From Sandaracinaceae bacterium (GTDB taxonomy: Bacteria > Myxococcota_A > Polyangia > Polyangiales > JADJQN01): DNA of 42,024 nt. The position numbers and the translations under genes are program-made. Below, piece by piece: positions 13,030-22,152 of the stretch. The notes under the pieces were generated by a model, which was not told where the DNA came from, searched no databases, and saw nothing but the letters and a program-made list of their open reading frames with translations. The stretch is from the NCBI GenBank assembly GCA_947483975.1, contig CANKOL010000005.1, positions 1 through 42,024 on the forward strand, written 5' to 3'. The stretch's first letter is position 1; every line of letters starts with the position of its first letter.

Positions 13030-13203
13030 ATGAACCTCAAGCGCGTTCTGCTCGCATCGCCGATGGGCTTGTTCGGGCTGTCGGGCTGCGGTGACTCCGC
13101 GACGCCCGCTGCGCCCGGTGGCGGCCAGCCGACCGAGACCCGCTCGCTCGACCCGACCGAGGTTGACGCCGACCCGACCAAGGTTGAGGTTTTACCCCGG
13201 TAA
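13030..13203 (+). pseudogene. Short or truncated lipoprotein ORF (57 aa) ending inside the repeat array
   Basis: GGGAG upstream. MNLKRVLLASPMGLFGLSGC lipobox, then a linker. The last 17 codons and TAA lie in or at the edge of repeat copy 1. Confidence 0.4.
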
Positions 13204-13369
13204 AACAGGTCAACGGACGTGCGCAGTCCGACCAAGGTTGACGCTGACCCGACCAAGGTTGAGGTTTTACCCTGGTAAAACAGGTCAATCGGCGTGCGAC
13301 GAATCGGTGCGACGTCCAACCAAGGTTGACGCTGACCCGACCAAGGTTGAGGTTCTACCCCGTCAAAAC
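13153..13369. repeat. Three copies of a 61-bp repeat with an internal 18-bp palindrome
   Basis: Unit CCGACCAAGGTTGACGCTGACCCGACCAAGGTTGAGGTTTTACCnnGGTAAAACAGGTCAA at 13153-13213, 13228-13288 and 13316-13369 (degenerate). Linkers are 14 and 27 bp. Confidence 0.95.
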
Positions 13370-13408
13370 TCCTTGCGCGCGCATTTTACCCGGCCATAAC
13401 CACCCGCA

Positions 13409-14005
13409 ATGGACGAAGCCCGCTACACCTCCTTCTCAGGCGACCTTCAGCTCGCCACCGGGACGCTGCGCGAGACGCTCGCGCGCACGAAGGAAGCCCT
13501 CGACGCCGGGCGCGCCGAGCAACTGCTGCTCTTCCACGACGGCACCGGGCAGCAGGTCGACTTCGACTTCACGGGCACGCTCGACGAGGTGCTCGACCGG
13601 GAGGCGCCCCACAAGCCGACCCGCCCCGGCCGGCCGAAGCTCGGCGTCACCTCGCGTGAGGTCTCGCTCCTGCCGCGTCACTGGGAGTGGCTCGAGCAGC
13701 AGCCGAACGGCGCCTCCGCCGCGCTGCGCCGCCTCGTCGAGGAGGCGCGCAAGCGTGACCCGGAGGGCGAGCGCGCTCGCCTGGCCGTCGAGGCCGCGAG
13801 CCGCGTGATGACCTCGCTCGCGGGGGACCGCCCGAACTACGAGGAGGCCTCGCGCGCCCTCTTCGCGCGGGACGCGGCGCGCTTCTCAGCCCTGATCGCC
13901 GAGTGGCCCGTCGACGTGCGCGCTCACCTAGAGCGCCTCGTCGAGGGGAGCATGCGCGCGCCGACCGCCGAGACCGCGGTCGACGACGCCGGTCCGTGCC
14001 TCTGA
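13409..14005 (+). CDS. DUF2239 family protein (possible RHH-like DNA-binding protein)
   Basis: Signature GRPKLGVTSREVSLLPRHWEWLEQQPNGASAALRRLVEEAR and C-terminal AGDRPNYEEASRALFA...WPVDVR. Confidence 0.85.
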   Translation: MDEARYTSFSGDLQLATGTLRETLARTKEALDAGRAEQLLLFHDGTGQQVDFDFTGTLDEVLDREAPHKPTRPGRPKLGVTSREVSLLPRHWEWLEQQPNGASAALRRLVEEARKRDPEGERARLAVEAASRVMTSLAGDRPNYEEASRALFARDAARFSALIAEWPVDVRAHLERLVEGSMRAPTAETAVDDAGPCL

Positions 14006-14012
14006 GCCGCCC

Positions 14013-15587
14013 CTAGCTCGCCGACTCTGCGCCCGGCACGAGCTTGTCGAGCACCGCGCGGTCGCCCTGCAGCGCCGTCCTCTGCGAGTAGAAGTCGAGC
14101 CCTCGCTCGCCGCCTAGCTCCTCGCCACCGCCCGCGCGCCCCGGTCCGCCGTGCACGCACGACGGCAGCACCATGCCGGGCGAGATCGCCTGATCGGCGA
14201 CCTTCGTGCTGCCGATCAGCAGCCGCCCCGTGAACGGCGCGATCCCGAGCACGAGCGCGTCGAGCGCCGCGCGGTCGTCGCTGTAGACGCTCGAGACGAG
14301 CGTGCCCTCGCCCTTGGCGACGAGCGCCGTCGCGTCGTCGACGCTCGCATAGCCCATCAGCGTCGCGCACGGCGCGAACACCTCGCGCTCGTGCACGAGG
14401 TGCGCCTCGTGCGGCGCGTCGGCCCGCAGCAAGAGCGGCTGAATGAAGTAGCCGCGCCCCTTCGGCACGCCGATCGGGTCGGCGTCCTGCGCGTTGCCCT
14501 GCACGAGCCGCGCGCCGCTCGCGAGCAGCGCCGCGACGCCCTCGCGCGCGTCCGCGAGCTGCTGCGCCGTCGCGAGCGGACCCATGCGCACCTCGTCGTT
14601 CGACGGGTCGCCGTACTTCAGCTCGCCGAGGCGCGAGGTCAGCTCCTCTTGCAGCTCGTCGAGGCGCTCCCTCGGCGCGAAGATGCGGCGCGTCGCCGTG
14701 CACTTCTGCCCGGTCTTCTGCGTCGTCTCGCGGACCACGTCGCGCACGAACATCTGCCAGAGCTCCGAGCCCGGCTCGACGTCCGGCCCGAGCACCGCGG
14801 AGTTGAGCGAGTCCGCCTCGATGTTGACGCGCACGTTCCGCGCGATAGCCGCGTCGAGCGAGCGCATGATCCGCGCGGTGTTGCTCCCCCCGGTGAACGC
14901 GAGCACGTCCTGCGCGCCGAGGTGCTCGAGCAGATTCCCCGCCGAGCCGCAGACGAGCTGAAGCGCGCCCTCGGGCAGCACCTTCGCCTCGTGCAGCCGC
15001 TCGACGAGGCGGAACGTCGCGAGCGCCGTGCTCGTCGCCGGCTTCGAGACGACGGGCACGCCCGCGAGGATCGCGACGGCGGCCTTCTCGGCGAGCCCCC
15101 ACGCCGGGAAATTGAACGCGTTGATGTGCACCGCGACGCCGCGCCGCGGCAGCTTCACGTGCCGCCCGAAGAAGCGCGCGCTCCGCGTCAGCTGCTCGCC
15201 GGGCCCGTCCACGAGGAATTTCGCCGAGCCGAGCTTCTTGCCGAGCGCGGCGTAGTACGCGAGCGTCCCCGTCGCGCCGTCGATGTCGAACTTCGAGTCC
15301 GAGCGTGTCGTGCCGGCGTTGATCACCGACGCCTCGATCAGCGCGTCACGCACCTGATGGAGCGCCTTGCTCATGCCCTCGAGCACGGCGCCCCGCTCGG
15401 CGAAGGTCATCGCCCGCAGCGTCGGCCCACCGACGGTGCGCGCGTAGTCGAGCGCGCCCGGCAGGTCGAGGCCCTTCGTGCTCGTCACCGCGACGGGCTC
15501 TTCCGTCGCAGGGTTCACGAGCGTCGCGTGGCCCGTCGCATCACCGGCGACGAAAGCGCCCTTCAAGTAGCTCTGGAGCGTGATCAT
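14013..15587 (-). CDS. 3,4-dehydroadipyl-CoA semialdehyde dehydrogenase-like ALDH (stand-alone PaaZ-type ALDH domain)
   Basis: Motifs GVAVHINAFNFPAWG, EADSLN, GQKCTATRR, HGGPGRAGGGEELGG. At 524 aa it lacks the MaoC domain of PaaZ. Confidence 0.85.
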   Translation of the reverse strand: MITLQSYLKGAFVAGDATGHATLVNPATEEPVAVTSTKGLDLPGALDYARTVGGPTLRAMTFAERGAVLEGMSKALHQVRDALIEASVINAGTTRSDSKFDIDGATGTLAYYAALGKKLGSAKFLVDGPGEQLTRSARFFGRHVKLPRRGVAVHINAFNFPAWGLAEKAAVAILAGVPVVSKPATSTALATFRLVERLHEAKVLPEGALQLVCGSAGNLLEHLGAQDVLAFTGGSNTARIMRSLDAAIARNVRVNIEADSLNSAVLGPDVEPGSELWQMFVRDVVRETTQKTGQKCTATRRIFAPRERLDELQEELTSRLGELKYGDPSNDEVRMGPLATAQQLADAREGVAALLASGARLVQGNAQDADPIGVPKGRGYFIQPLLLRADAPHEAHLVHEREVFAPCATLMGYASVDDATALVAKGEGTLVSSVYSDDRAALDALVLGIAPFTGRLLIGSTKVADQAISPGMVLPSCVHGGPGRAGGGEELGGERGLDFYSQRTALQGDRAVLDKLVPGAESAS

Positions 15588-15670
15588 CGTCTTTGCCTCC
15601 GGGATTGAGCGGGCGAAGATGCGACGGACGCTGTGTTTCTGGTAAGCGAAAGCTCACGCCCGCCGCGACG

Positions 15671-17116
15671 CTAGGCGTGCCCGCCGAGCGCCTTCTTGAG
15701 CGGCTTGTTGAACGCCCACATCGACAAGCCCGCCGCGATGCCCATCGCCGTCAGCAGCATGAAGAACTGCTCGTGCGACCAGCGCGTGTAGAGGATGCCG
15801 ATGTAGCCGCTCAGCGTGTTGCCGAGGAAGCTCGAGATGAACCACATCCCCATCATCATCGAGACGATGCGGACGGGGGACACCTTCGTGACGAGCGAGA
15901 GCCCGATCGGCGAGAGGTAAAGCTCCCCGATCGTCAGCAGGAACGTGCAGAAGAGCGGCCAGAACAGGCTGCCCTTGCCCTGACCGACCATCTGCGCGCC
16001 GACGATCATCACGATGAACGACGCGCCGAGGATGAAGCAGCCGATGGCCATCTTCGAGACGCTCGAGGGCTCGGTGCCCTTCTTCGCCTGATGCCGCCAC
16101 CACATATCGAGGATCGGCGCGAAGACGAAGATGCAGAGCGGGTTGAACGACTGGAAGAACGTCGACGGGATCTGCCAGCCGAAGACGATCGGCCACACGG
16201 TCTGCTCGTCCGCCCACGTCTGCATGGTGTTGCCCTGCTGCTCGTACACCGCCCAGAAGACGACGTTGAGCAGGCAGAGGCCGACGAGCGCCCAGACGGC
16301 CGTCCACTCGGCCTTGCCGAGCTTCGCGGGCTTCGGCGCGTCGGCCGCCGCGTTCTTCGCGAGGTTGTCCTTCGCCAGGTACTTCTGCCCGAAGAGATAC
16401 ACGACGAGGCCGATGCACATGCCGATGCCGGCGGCGGCGAAGCCGTAGTGCCAGCCGTAGACGACGGCGAGCGTGCCGACGACGAAGTTGCAGAGGAACG
16501 CGCCGAGGTTGATGCCCATGTAGAAGATCGTGAACGCGCCGTCGCGGCGCGGATCGCCCGCGGGATAGAGCGAGCCGACCTGCGTCGAGACGTTGGGCTT
16601 GAACGCGCCGTTGCCGAGGATCAGCAAGAACAGCGCGATGAAGAACGAGTTCTCGATCGCCATCACGAAGTGCCCGGCGGCCATCAAGAGCCCGCCGACC
16701 ACCACGGCCTTGCGCTGCCCGAGGTACTTGTCAGCGAGGATCCCGCCGAAGAACGGCGTCAGATAGACGAGCCCCGTGTACCAGCCGTAGAGCGTGGACG
16801 CCTGCTCGCCGGGGTTGCTCGAGAGCAGCGGCTGGATGAGGTCCCAGCCGATCACGGTGTGCGGGTTGCCCGCGACGAGGTTGCACGGCGTCGGCAGCTG
16901 TCGGCAGCCCTGGTACGTCTCGCGCAGCGCGACGAACAGGTAGTTCGCCATGTACAGCTTCAGGAGCCCGCGCATGCCGTAGTAGGAGAAGCGCTCCCAC
17001 ATCTCGGCGAAGAACAGGATCGCCAAGCCGGGCGGGTGCCCGAAGCGGCGCTCGAAGGCGGTGACCGGCAGGCCGGTGGGCTCTTGGGAGGGGGCGGATG
17101 CGGTCGCGGTGCTCAA
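15671..17116 (-). CDS. POT/PTR family proton-dependent oligopeptide transporter (MFS)
   Basis: Motifs EMWERFSYYGM, GGILADKYLG, GNGAFKPNVS, FYMGINLG, GELYLSPIGLS. TTG start at 17116 follows GAGGA. Confidence 0.92.
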   Translation of the reverse strand: MSTATASAPSQEPTGLPVTAFERRFGHPPGLAILFFAEMWERFSYYGMRGLLKLYMANYLFVALRETYQGCRQLPTPCNLVAGNPHTVIGWDLIQPLLSSNPGEQASTLYGWYTGLVYLTPFFGGILADKYLGQRKAVVVGGLLMAAGHFVMAIENSFFIALFLLILGNGAFKPNVSTQVGSLYPAGDPRRDGAFTIFYMGINLGAFLCNFVVGTLAVVYGWHYGFAAAGIGMCIGLVVYLFGQKYLAKDNLAKNAAADAPKPAKLGKAEWTAVWALVGLCLLNVVFWAVYEQQGNTMQTWADEQTVWPIVFGWQIPSTFFQSFNPLCIFVFAPILDMWWRHQAKKGTEPSSVSKMAIGCFILGASFIVMIVGAQMVGQGKGSLFWPLFCTFLLTIGELYLSPIGLSLVTKVSPVRIVSMMMGMWFISSFLGNTLSGYIGILYTRWSHEQFFMLLTAMGIAAGLSMWAFNKPLKKALGGHA

Positions 17117-17252
17117 GATGTTTCCTCGGCGAGGCCGACACTCTACCGGAAGCGGCGGCGCGGCGGACAGAAACGCGACGCAGTGTGACGGCCCGCGGCG
17201 GACCACTCTTGCCTGTTGCATCGTCGCGGCGCGGGTGTAGCGTCGGCGCCCT

Positions 17253-19181
17253 ATGAGCGCTGGAAGTACGAAGGACCCGAAGGGACGAGCGCTGGTCGCG
17301 GCCTCCCTCGGCGCCGTTGGCGTGGTCTACGGGGACATCGGCACCTCCCCGCTCTACTCGATGAAGGAGTGCTTCGCGTACGACCCGCTGCACCCGCAGC
17401 TGAGCCACGGCATGCCCGTCACGGACGAGAACGTCCTCGGCATCCTCTCGCTGTTCTTCTACGCGCTCACCTGCGTCGTCGTGATCAAGTACCTGACCTT
17501 CATGCTGCGCGCCGACAACAACGGCGAGGGCGGCATCCTCGCGCTGCTCGCGCTGCTGAAGCCGAAGGAGGGGCGCGACGGGCGCGCGATCGGCATCGGC
17601 GCGGTGCTGGTCGGGCTGGGGCTCTTCGGCGCGGCGCTCCTCTACGGCGACGGCATCATCACGCCGGCGATCTCGGTGCTCTCGGCGGTCGAGGGGCTCG
17701 AGGTCGCGACGCCCGGTCACCCGGGGCTCCTCAACGACTACATCGTGCCGCTGACCGTCGTCATCCTCTGCGGCCTCTTCTGGGTCCAGCGGCACGGCAC
17801 CAAGCGCATCGGCACGCTCTTCGGCCCGGCGATGTTGCTCTGGTTCGCGGCGATCACGCTCGCGGGCGCGCCGTGGATCTTCAAGCGCCCCGAGGTGCTC
17901 GCGGCGGTCAATCCCTGGCACGCGTTCCACTTCTTCGCCAAGCATGGCAAGCACGGCTTCCTGATCCTCGGCTCCGTCGTGCTCTGCGTGACGGGCGGCG
18001 AGGCGCTCTACGCGGACATGGGGCACTTCGGCCGCGGGCCGATCCGCTACGCGTGGTACGCGATCGTCTTCCCGGCGCTGCTGGTCAACTACTTCGGCCA
18101 AGGCGCGTACCTGCTCGAGAAGGGGCAGGCGGGCGCGGCGACGCCGTTCTTCGGGCTGACGCCCCACTGGGCCGTGCTGCCGATGGTCGTCATCGCGACG
18201 GTCGCGACGGTCGTCGCCTCGCAGGCGCTCATCTCGGGCGCGTTCTCGCTGTCGAACCAAGCCGTGCAGCTCGGCTACTCGCCGCGCGTGACCATCGTAC
18301 ACACCTCGGGGACGACCGAGGGGCAGATCTACGTCCCGGAGGTCAACAGCCTCTTGTGGATCGCCTGCATCGCGCTCGTGCTCGCGTTCCCGTCCTCGTC
18401 GAAGCTCGCCGCGGCGTACGGCATCGCGGTCACCGGCACGATGGCCATCACCTCGGTGCTCTTCTTCGCGCTGATGTACAAGCGCTGGGGCGTCGCGAAG
18501 ACGGGCGCGCTCGTCGCGTTCTTCCTGCTCTTCGACCTCTCGTTCCTCGGCGCGAACATCGTCAAGATCGCGCACGGCGGCTGGGTGCCGCTCGTCGTCG
18601 GCGCGGTCGTCTTCACCGTGATGACCACGTGGAAGCGCGGCCGCTCGGCGCTCTCCGATTACATCCGCCGCCGCACGCTCGACATGGACGAGTTCGTCGC
18701 GGAGCTCGACCACCGCAAGCCGCACCGCATCTCGGGGACGGGCGTCTTCATGACCTCGAACCCGAGGGGCGCGCCGCCGGTCCTCGTCCACCACGTGCAT
18801 CACAACCGCGTGCTCCACGAGAACGTGATCCTGCTCAGCATCATCACGGAGCACGAGCCGCAAGTAAGCCCGGAGCGGCGCGTCGAGGTGCGCGAGATCG
18901 GCCACGGCATCCACCACGTGACGGCGCACTTCGGCTTCATGCAGTCGGCGTCGGTGAAGGAGATCCTGCTGCGCACGAAGGCGGCGGGCGTGCCCTGCGA
19001 CTTCGAGGAGGCGACCTATTACCTCGGGCGCGAGACGCTGCTCGTCGACGGCGACGCGAAGATGATGCGCTGGAGAAAGGCGCTGTTCGCGTACCTCTCC
19101 CGGAACGCGCGCCCGGCGACGGCGTTCTTCCAGATCCCGCCCGACCGCGTCGTCGAGCTCGGGATGCAGATCCAGCTATAG
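17253..19181 (+). CDS. kup: Kup/HAK potassium uptake transporter
   Basis: Motifs GVVYGDIGTSPLY, ADNNGEGGILAL, YGDGIITPAISVLSAVEGL, GGEALYADMGHFG, GQIYVP, RVVELG. Confidence 0.97.
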   Translation: MSAGSTKDPKGRALVAASLGAVGVVYGDIGTSPLYSMKECFAYDPLHPQLSHGMPVTDENVLGILSLFFYALTCVVVIKYLTFMLRADNNGEGGILALLALLKPKEGRDGRAIGIGAVLVGLGLFGAALLYGDGIITPAISVLSAVEGLEVATPGHPGLLNDYIVPLTVVILCGLFWVQRHGTKRIGTLFGPAMLLWFAAITLAGAPWIFKRPEVLAAVNPWHAFHFFAKHGKHGFLILGSVVLCVTGGEALYADMGHFGRGPIRYAWYAIVFPALLVNYFGQGAYLLEKGQAGAATPFFGLTPHWAVLPMVVIATVATVVASQALISGAFSLSNQAVQLGYSPRVTIVHTSGTTEGQIYVPEVNSLLWIACIALVLAFPSSSKLAAAYGIAVTGTMAITSVLFFALMYKRWGVAKTGALVAFFLLFDLSFLGANIVKIAHGGWVPLVVGAVVFTVMTTWKRGRSALSDYIRRRTLDMDEFVAELDHRKPHRISGTGVFMTSNPRGAPPVLVHHVHHNRVLHENVILLSIITEHEPQVSPERRVEVREIGHGIHHVTAHFGFMQSASVKEILLRTKAAGVPCDFEEATYYLGRETLLVDGDAKMMRWRKALFAYLSRNARPATAFFQIPPDRVVELGMQIQL

Positions 19182-19247
19182 GCTCGGCCTCGGATGCAGA
19201 TCCAGCGATAGGCTCGGCCCCGGATGCAGATCCAGCGATAGGCTCGG
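19161..19247 (+). repeat. 30-bp tandem repeat (about 3 copies) starting in the kup 3' end
   Basis: GGATGCAGATCCAGC(T/G)ATAGGCTCGG repeated with period 30. Copy 1 contains the kup TAG at 19179-19181. Confidence 0.95.
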
Positions 19248-19283
19248 GACGGGCTGCGCCGCGGGCGCAGCGCCGTCGAGCGC

Positions 19284-20618
19284 TCAGGTGTCGAGCGCGG
19301 CGACGCCGACCTGATCCCAGTAGGTCACCGCGTCGCGCCTCCAGCGCATGAAGCGCGTGCCGCCGTCCTGCGAGATCACGATGGCGAGGGCGTCGTGATA
19401 GGCGGCGCAGAGCCGGTAGGCGGCGTTGTGCCGGGTGCCGACGAGGTCCGTGCGCTCCTTGATGCGGTGCTCGCCCTCGACGTCGAGCGCGCGCGCGACT
19501 CGCCCCACGTCGGGGAGCTCGCCGGACACGACGCCGCCGAAGCCGAGCACCTCGAAGCGCAGCGTCATCACGACGGCGCCGTCGATGTCCGCGAGCGCGC
19601 CGATCAGGTGCGCGACCTCGTAGATCGCCTCGTCGAGCTCCGCGACGAGCGGGTCGACGAGCGAGGCGTGCTCGTTCCAGCCGACCTTCGTGCCCGGCGG
19701 CACGAGCGGCGCGCAGACCTCGGCGAGCGCGTTCATCGTGCGCACCATCAGCGAGCGACAGCGGCGGCGCGGCTCTTCGTCGACGAAGCGATGCTTGAGC
19801 GTGACGAAGGTGTCTTCGTCGGTGAAGCGCGCCGCGTCGCCCGGTGGCACGAACACGATGGTGCCCCCGTGCTTCGCCGCGCGGATCGTCGCGACGATCC
19901 GCCGCACGAAGTGCTGCCCGAGCTGCCGCACGAAGTCCGGATCGACCTCCGCCCAAGGGCTGTGCGCTGCCGCCCGCGCCGCCTCGTGCTGCGCCCAGAT
20001 CTCGCCGCGCACGTCCGCGAACACGCCCGGCAGCCAGCGCGAGTCGAAGACCTCGTGCTCGGGCTCCGAGAGCTTTCCGCCCGCGAGCCGCGCGACCGGC
20101 GCGAGCCCCTTCGAGACGGTCAGGCGCCCCGGTCCGCCCACCGAGACCACGGCGAACGGCGGCAGCGACGCGTGCACTCCGCGCCCGCCTTGCGACACCT
20201 GCAGCCAGCGCGGGCCGGTGTAGACGATCCCCCAGATGTGGATCGCGCCCTTGTCCGTCGCCTGCACGCCGAGCAGCGCGCGGTGGTACTTCGCGGCCTG
20301 CGAGAGGCGCCGCAGCTCGTGCGCGTCGAGGGGGCGCGGCTGCACGAACACCAGGCGATGCACGCCGTAGGGCGGGCCGCGGTGGGAGGCGAAGACCTCG
20401 GGCGGCGCGAGGATCGCCCGGAACGTGACGGCGCGCTCCTCGTCGCGGAGCAGGCTCGCCTGATACGCGGTCGAGATCAGCACCTCGAGCACGTCTGTCG
20501 GCGGCGCCTCTCGCGGAAACGCGCCCTCCGGCCAGGCGCCCGTCGCCTCCACATGGGACCAGTGCGTGTGCACGAACGCTGCCAGATCGTCAGGATAAGC
20601 GTGCGTTCGCACCGTCAC
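19284..20618 (-). CDS. Diadenylate cyclase (DisA_N/DAC) domain protein with N-terminal putative sensor domain (DACNV-like)
   Basis: C-terminal LADIDGAVVM, LGFGG, GTRHNAAY and AIVISQDGG match the DGA, RHR-like and SQDG motifs of DAC. No transmembrane segments seen. Confidence 0.8.
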   Translation of the reverse strand: MTVRTHAYPDDLAAFVHTHWSHVEATGAWPEGAFPREAPPTDVLEVLISTAYQASLLRDEERAVTFRAILAPPEVFASHRGPPYGVHRLVFVQPRPLDAHELRRLSQAAKYHRALLGVQATDKGAIHIWGIVYTGPRWLQVSQGGRGVHASLPPFAVVSVGGPGRLTVSKGLAPVARLAGGKLSEPEHEVFDSRWLPGVFADVRGEIWAQHEAARAAAHSPWAEVDPDFVRQLGQHFVRRIVATIRAAKHGGTIVFVPPGDAARFTDEDTFVTLKHRFVDEEPRRRCRSLMVRTMNALAEVCAPLVPPGTKVGWNEHASLVDPLVAELDEAIYEVAHLIGALADIDGAVVMTLRFEVLGFGGVVSGELPDVGRVARALDVEGEHRIKERTDLVGTRHNAAYRLCAAYHDALAIVISQDGGTRFMRWRRDAVTYWDQVGVAALDT

Positions 20619-20686
20619 GGCGCATACGGTATCACGCCCGACCGCCCGCGCCTTTCGACTCGCGCCCGCGTGCTACCGTCCGCGCC

Positions 20687-22033
<1,347 letters not shown>

Positions 22034-22085
22034 CGCGGGACCTGTCGGGCGGGGCGCTGCATCCGTATTTCTTTTCGGAGGCGTC

Positions 22086-22094
22086 TGCTATAAG
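22086..22094 (+). promoter_or_regulatory. Candidate extended -10 promoter for the thiolase-like gene
   Basis: TGcTATAAG in a relatively AT-rich 119-bp intergenic gap. Strong SD GGAGGAG precedes ATG 22153. Confidence 0.4.
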
Positions 22095-22152
22095 CCGCCG
22101 CAGTCCGAACACGAAAAAGGCGCCCGCGCGCCGCGCATCCCTGGAGGAGAGC

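Noticed and set aside
13153..13369. CRISPR array
   Set aside because: The 61-bp repeat is too long, the linkers are 14 and 27 bp (unequal and short), there are only three copies, and no cas genes are present.
17117..17252. c-di-AMP (ydaO) riboswitch upstream of kup
   Set aside because: I could not see the conserved ydaO motifs. The gap is short, shared with a divergent gene, and a -10 box lies 9 nt from the ATG.
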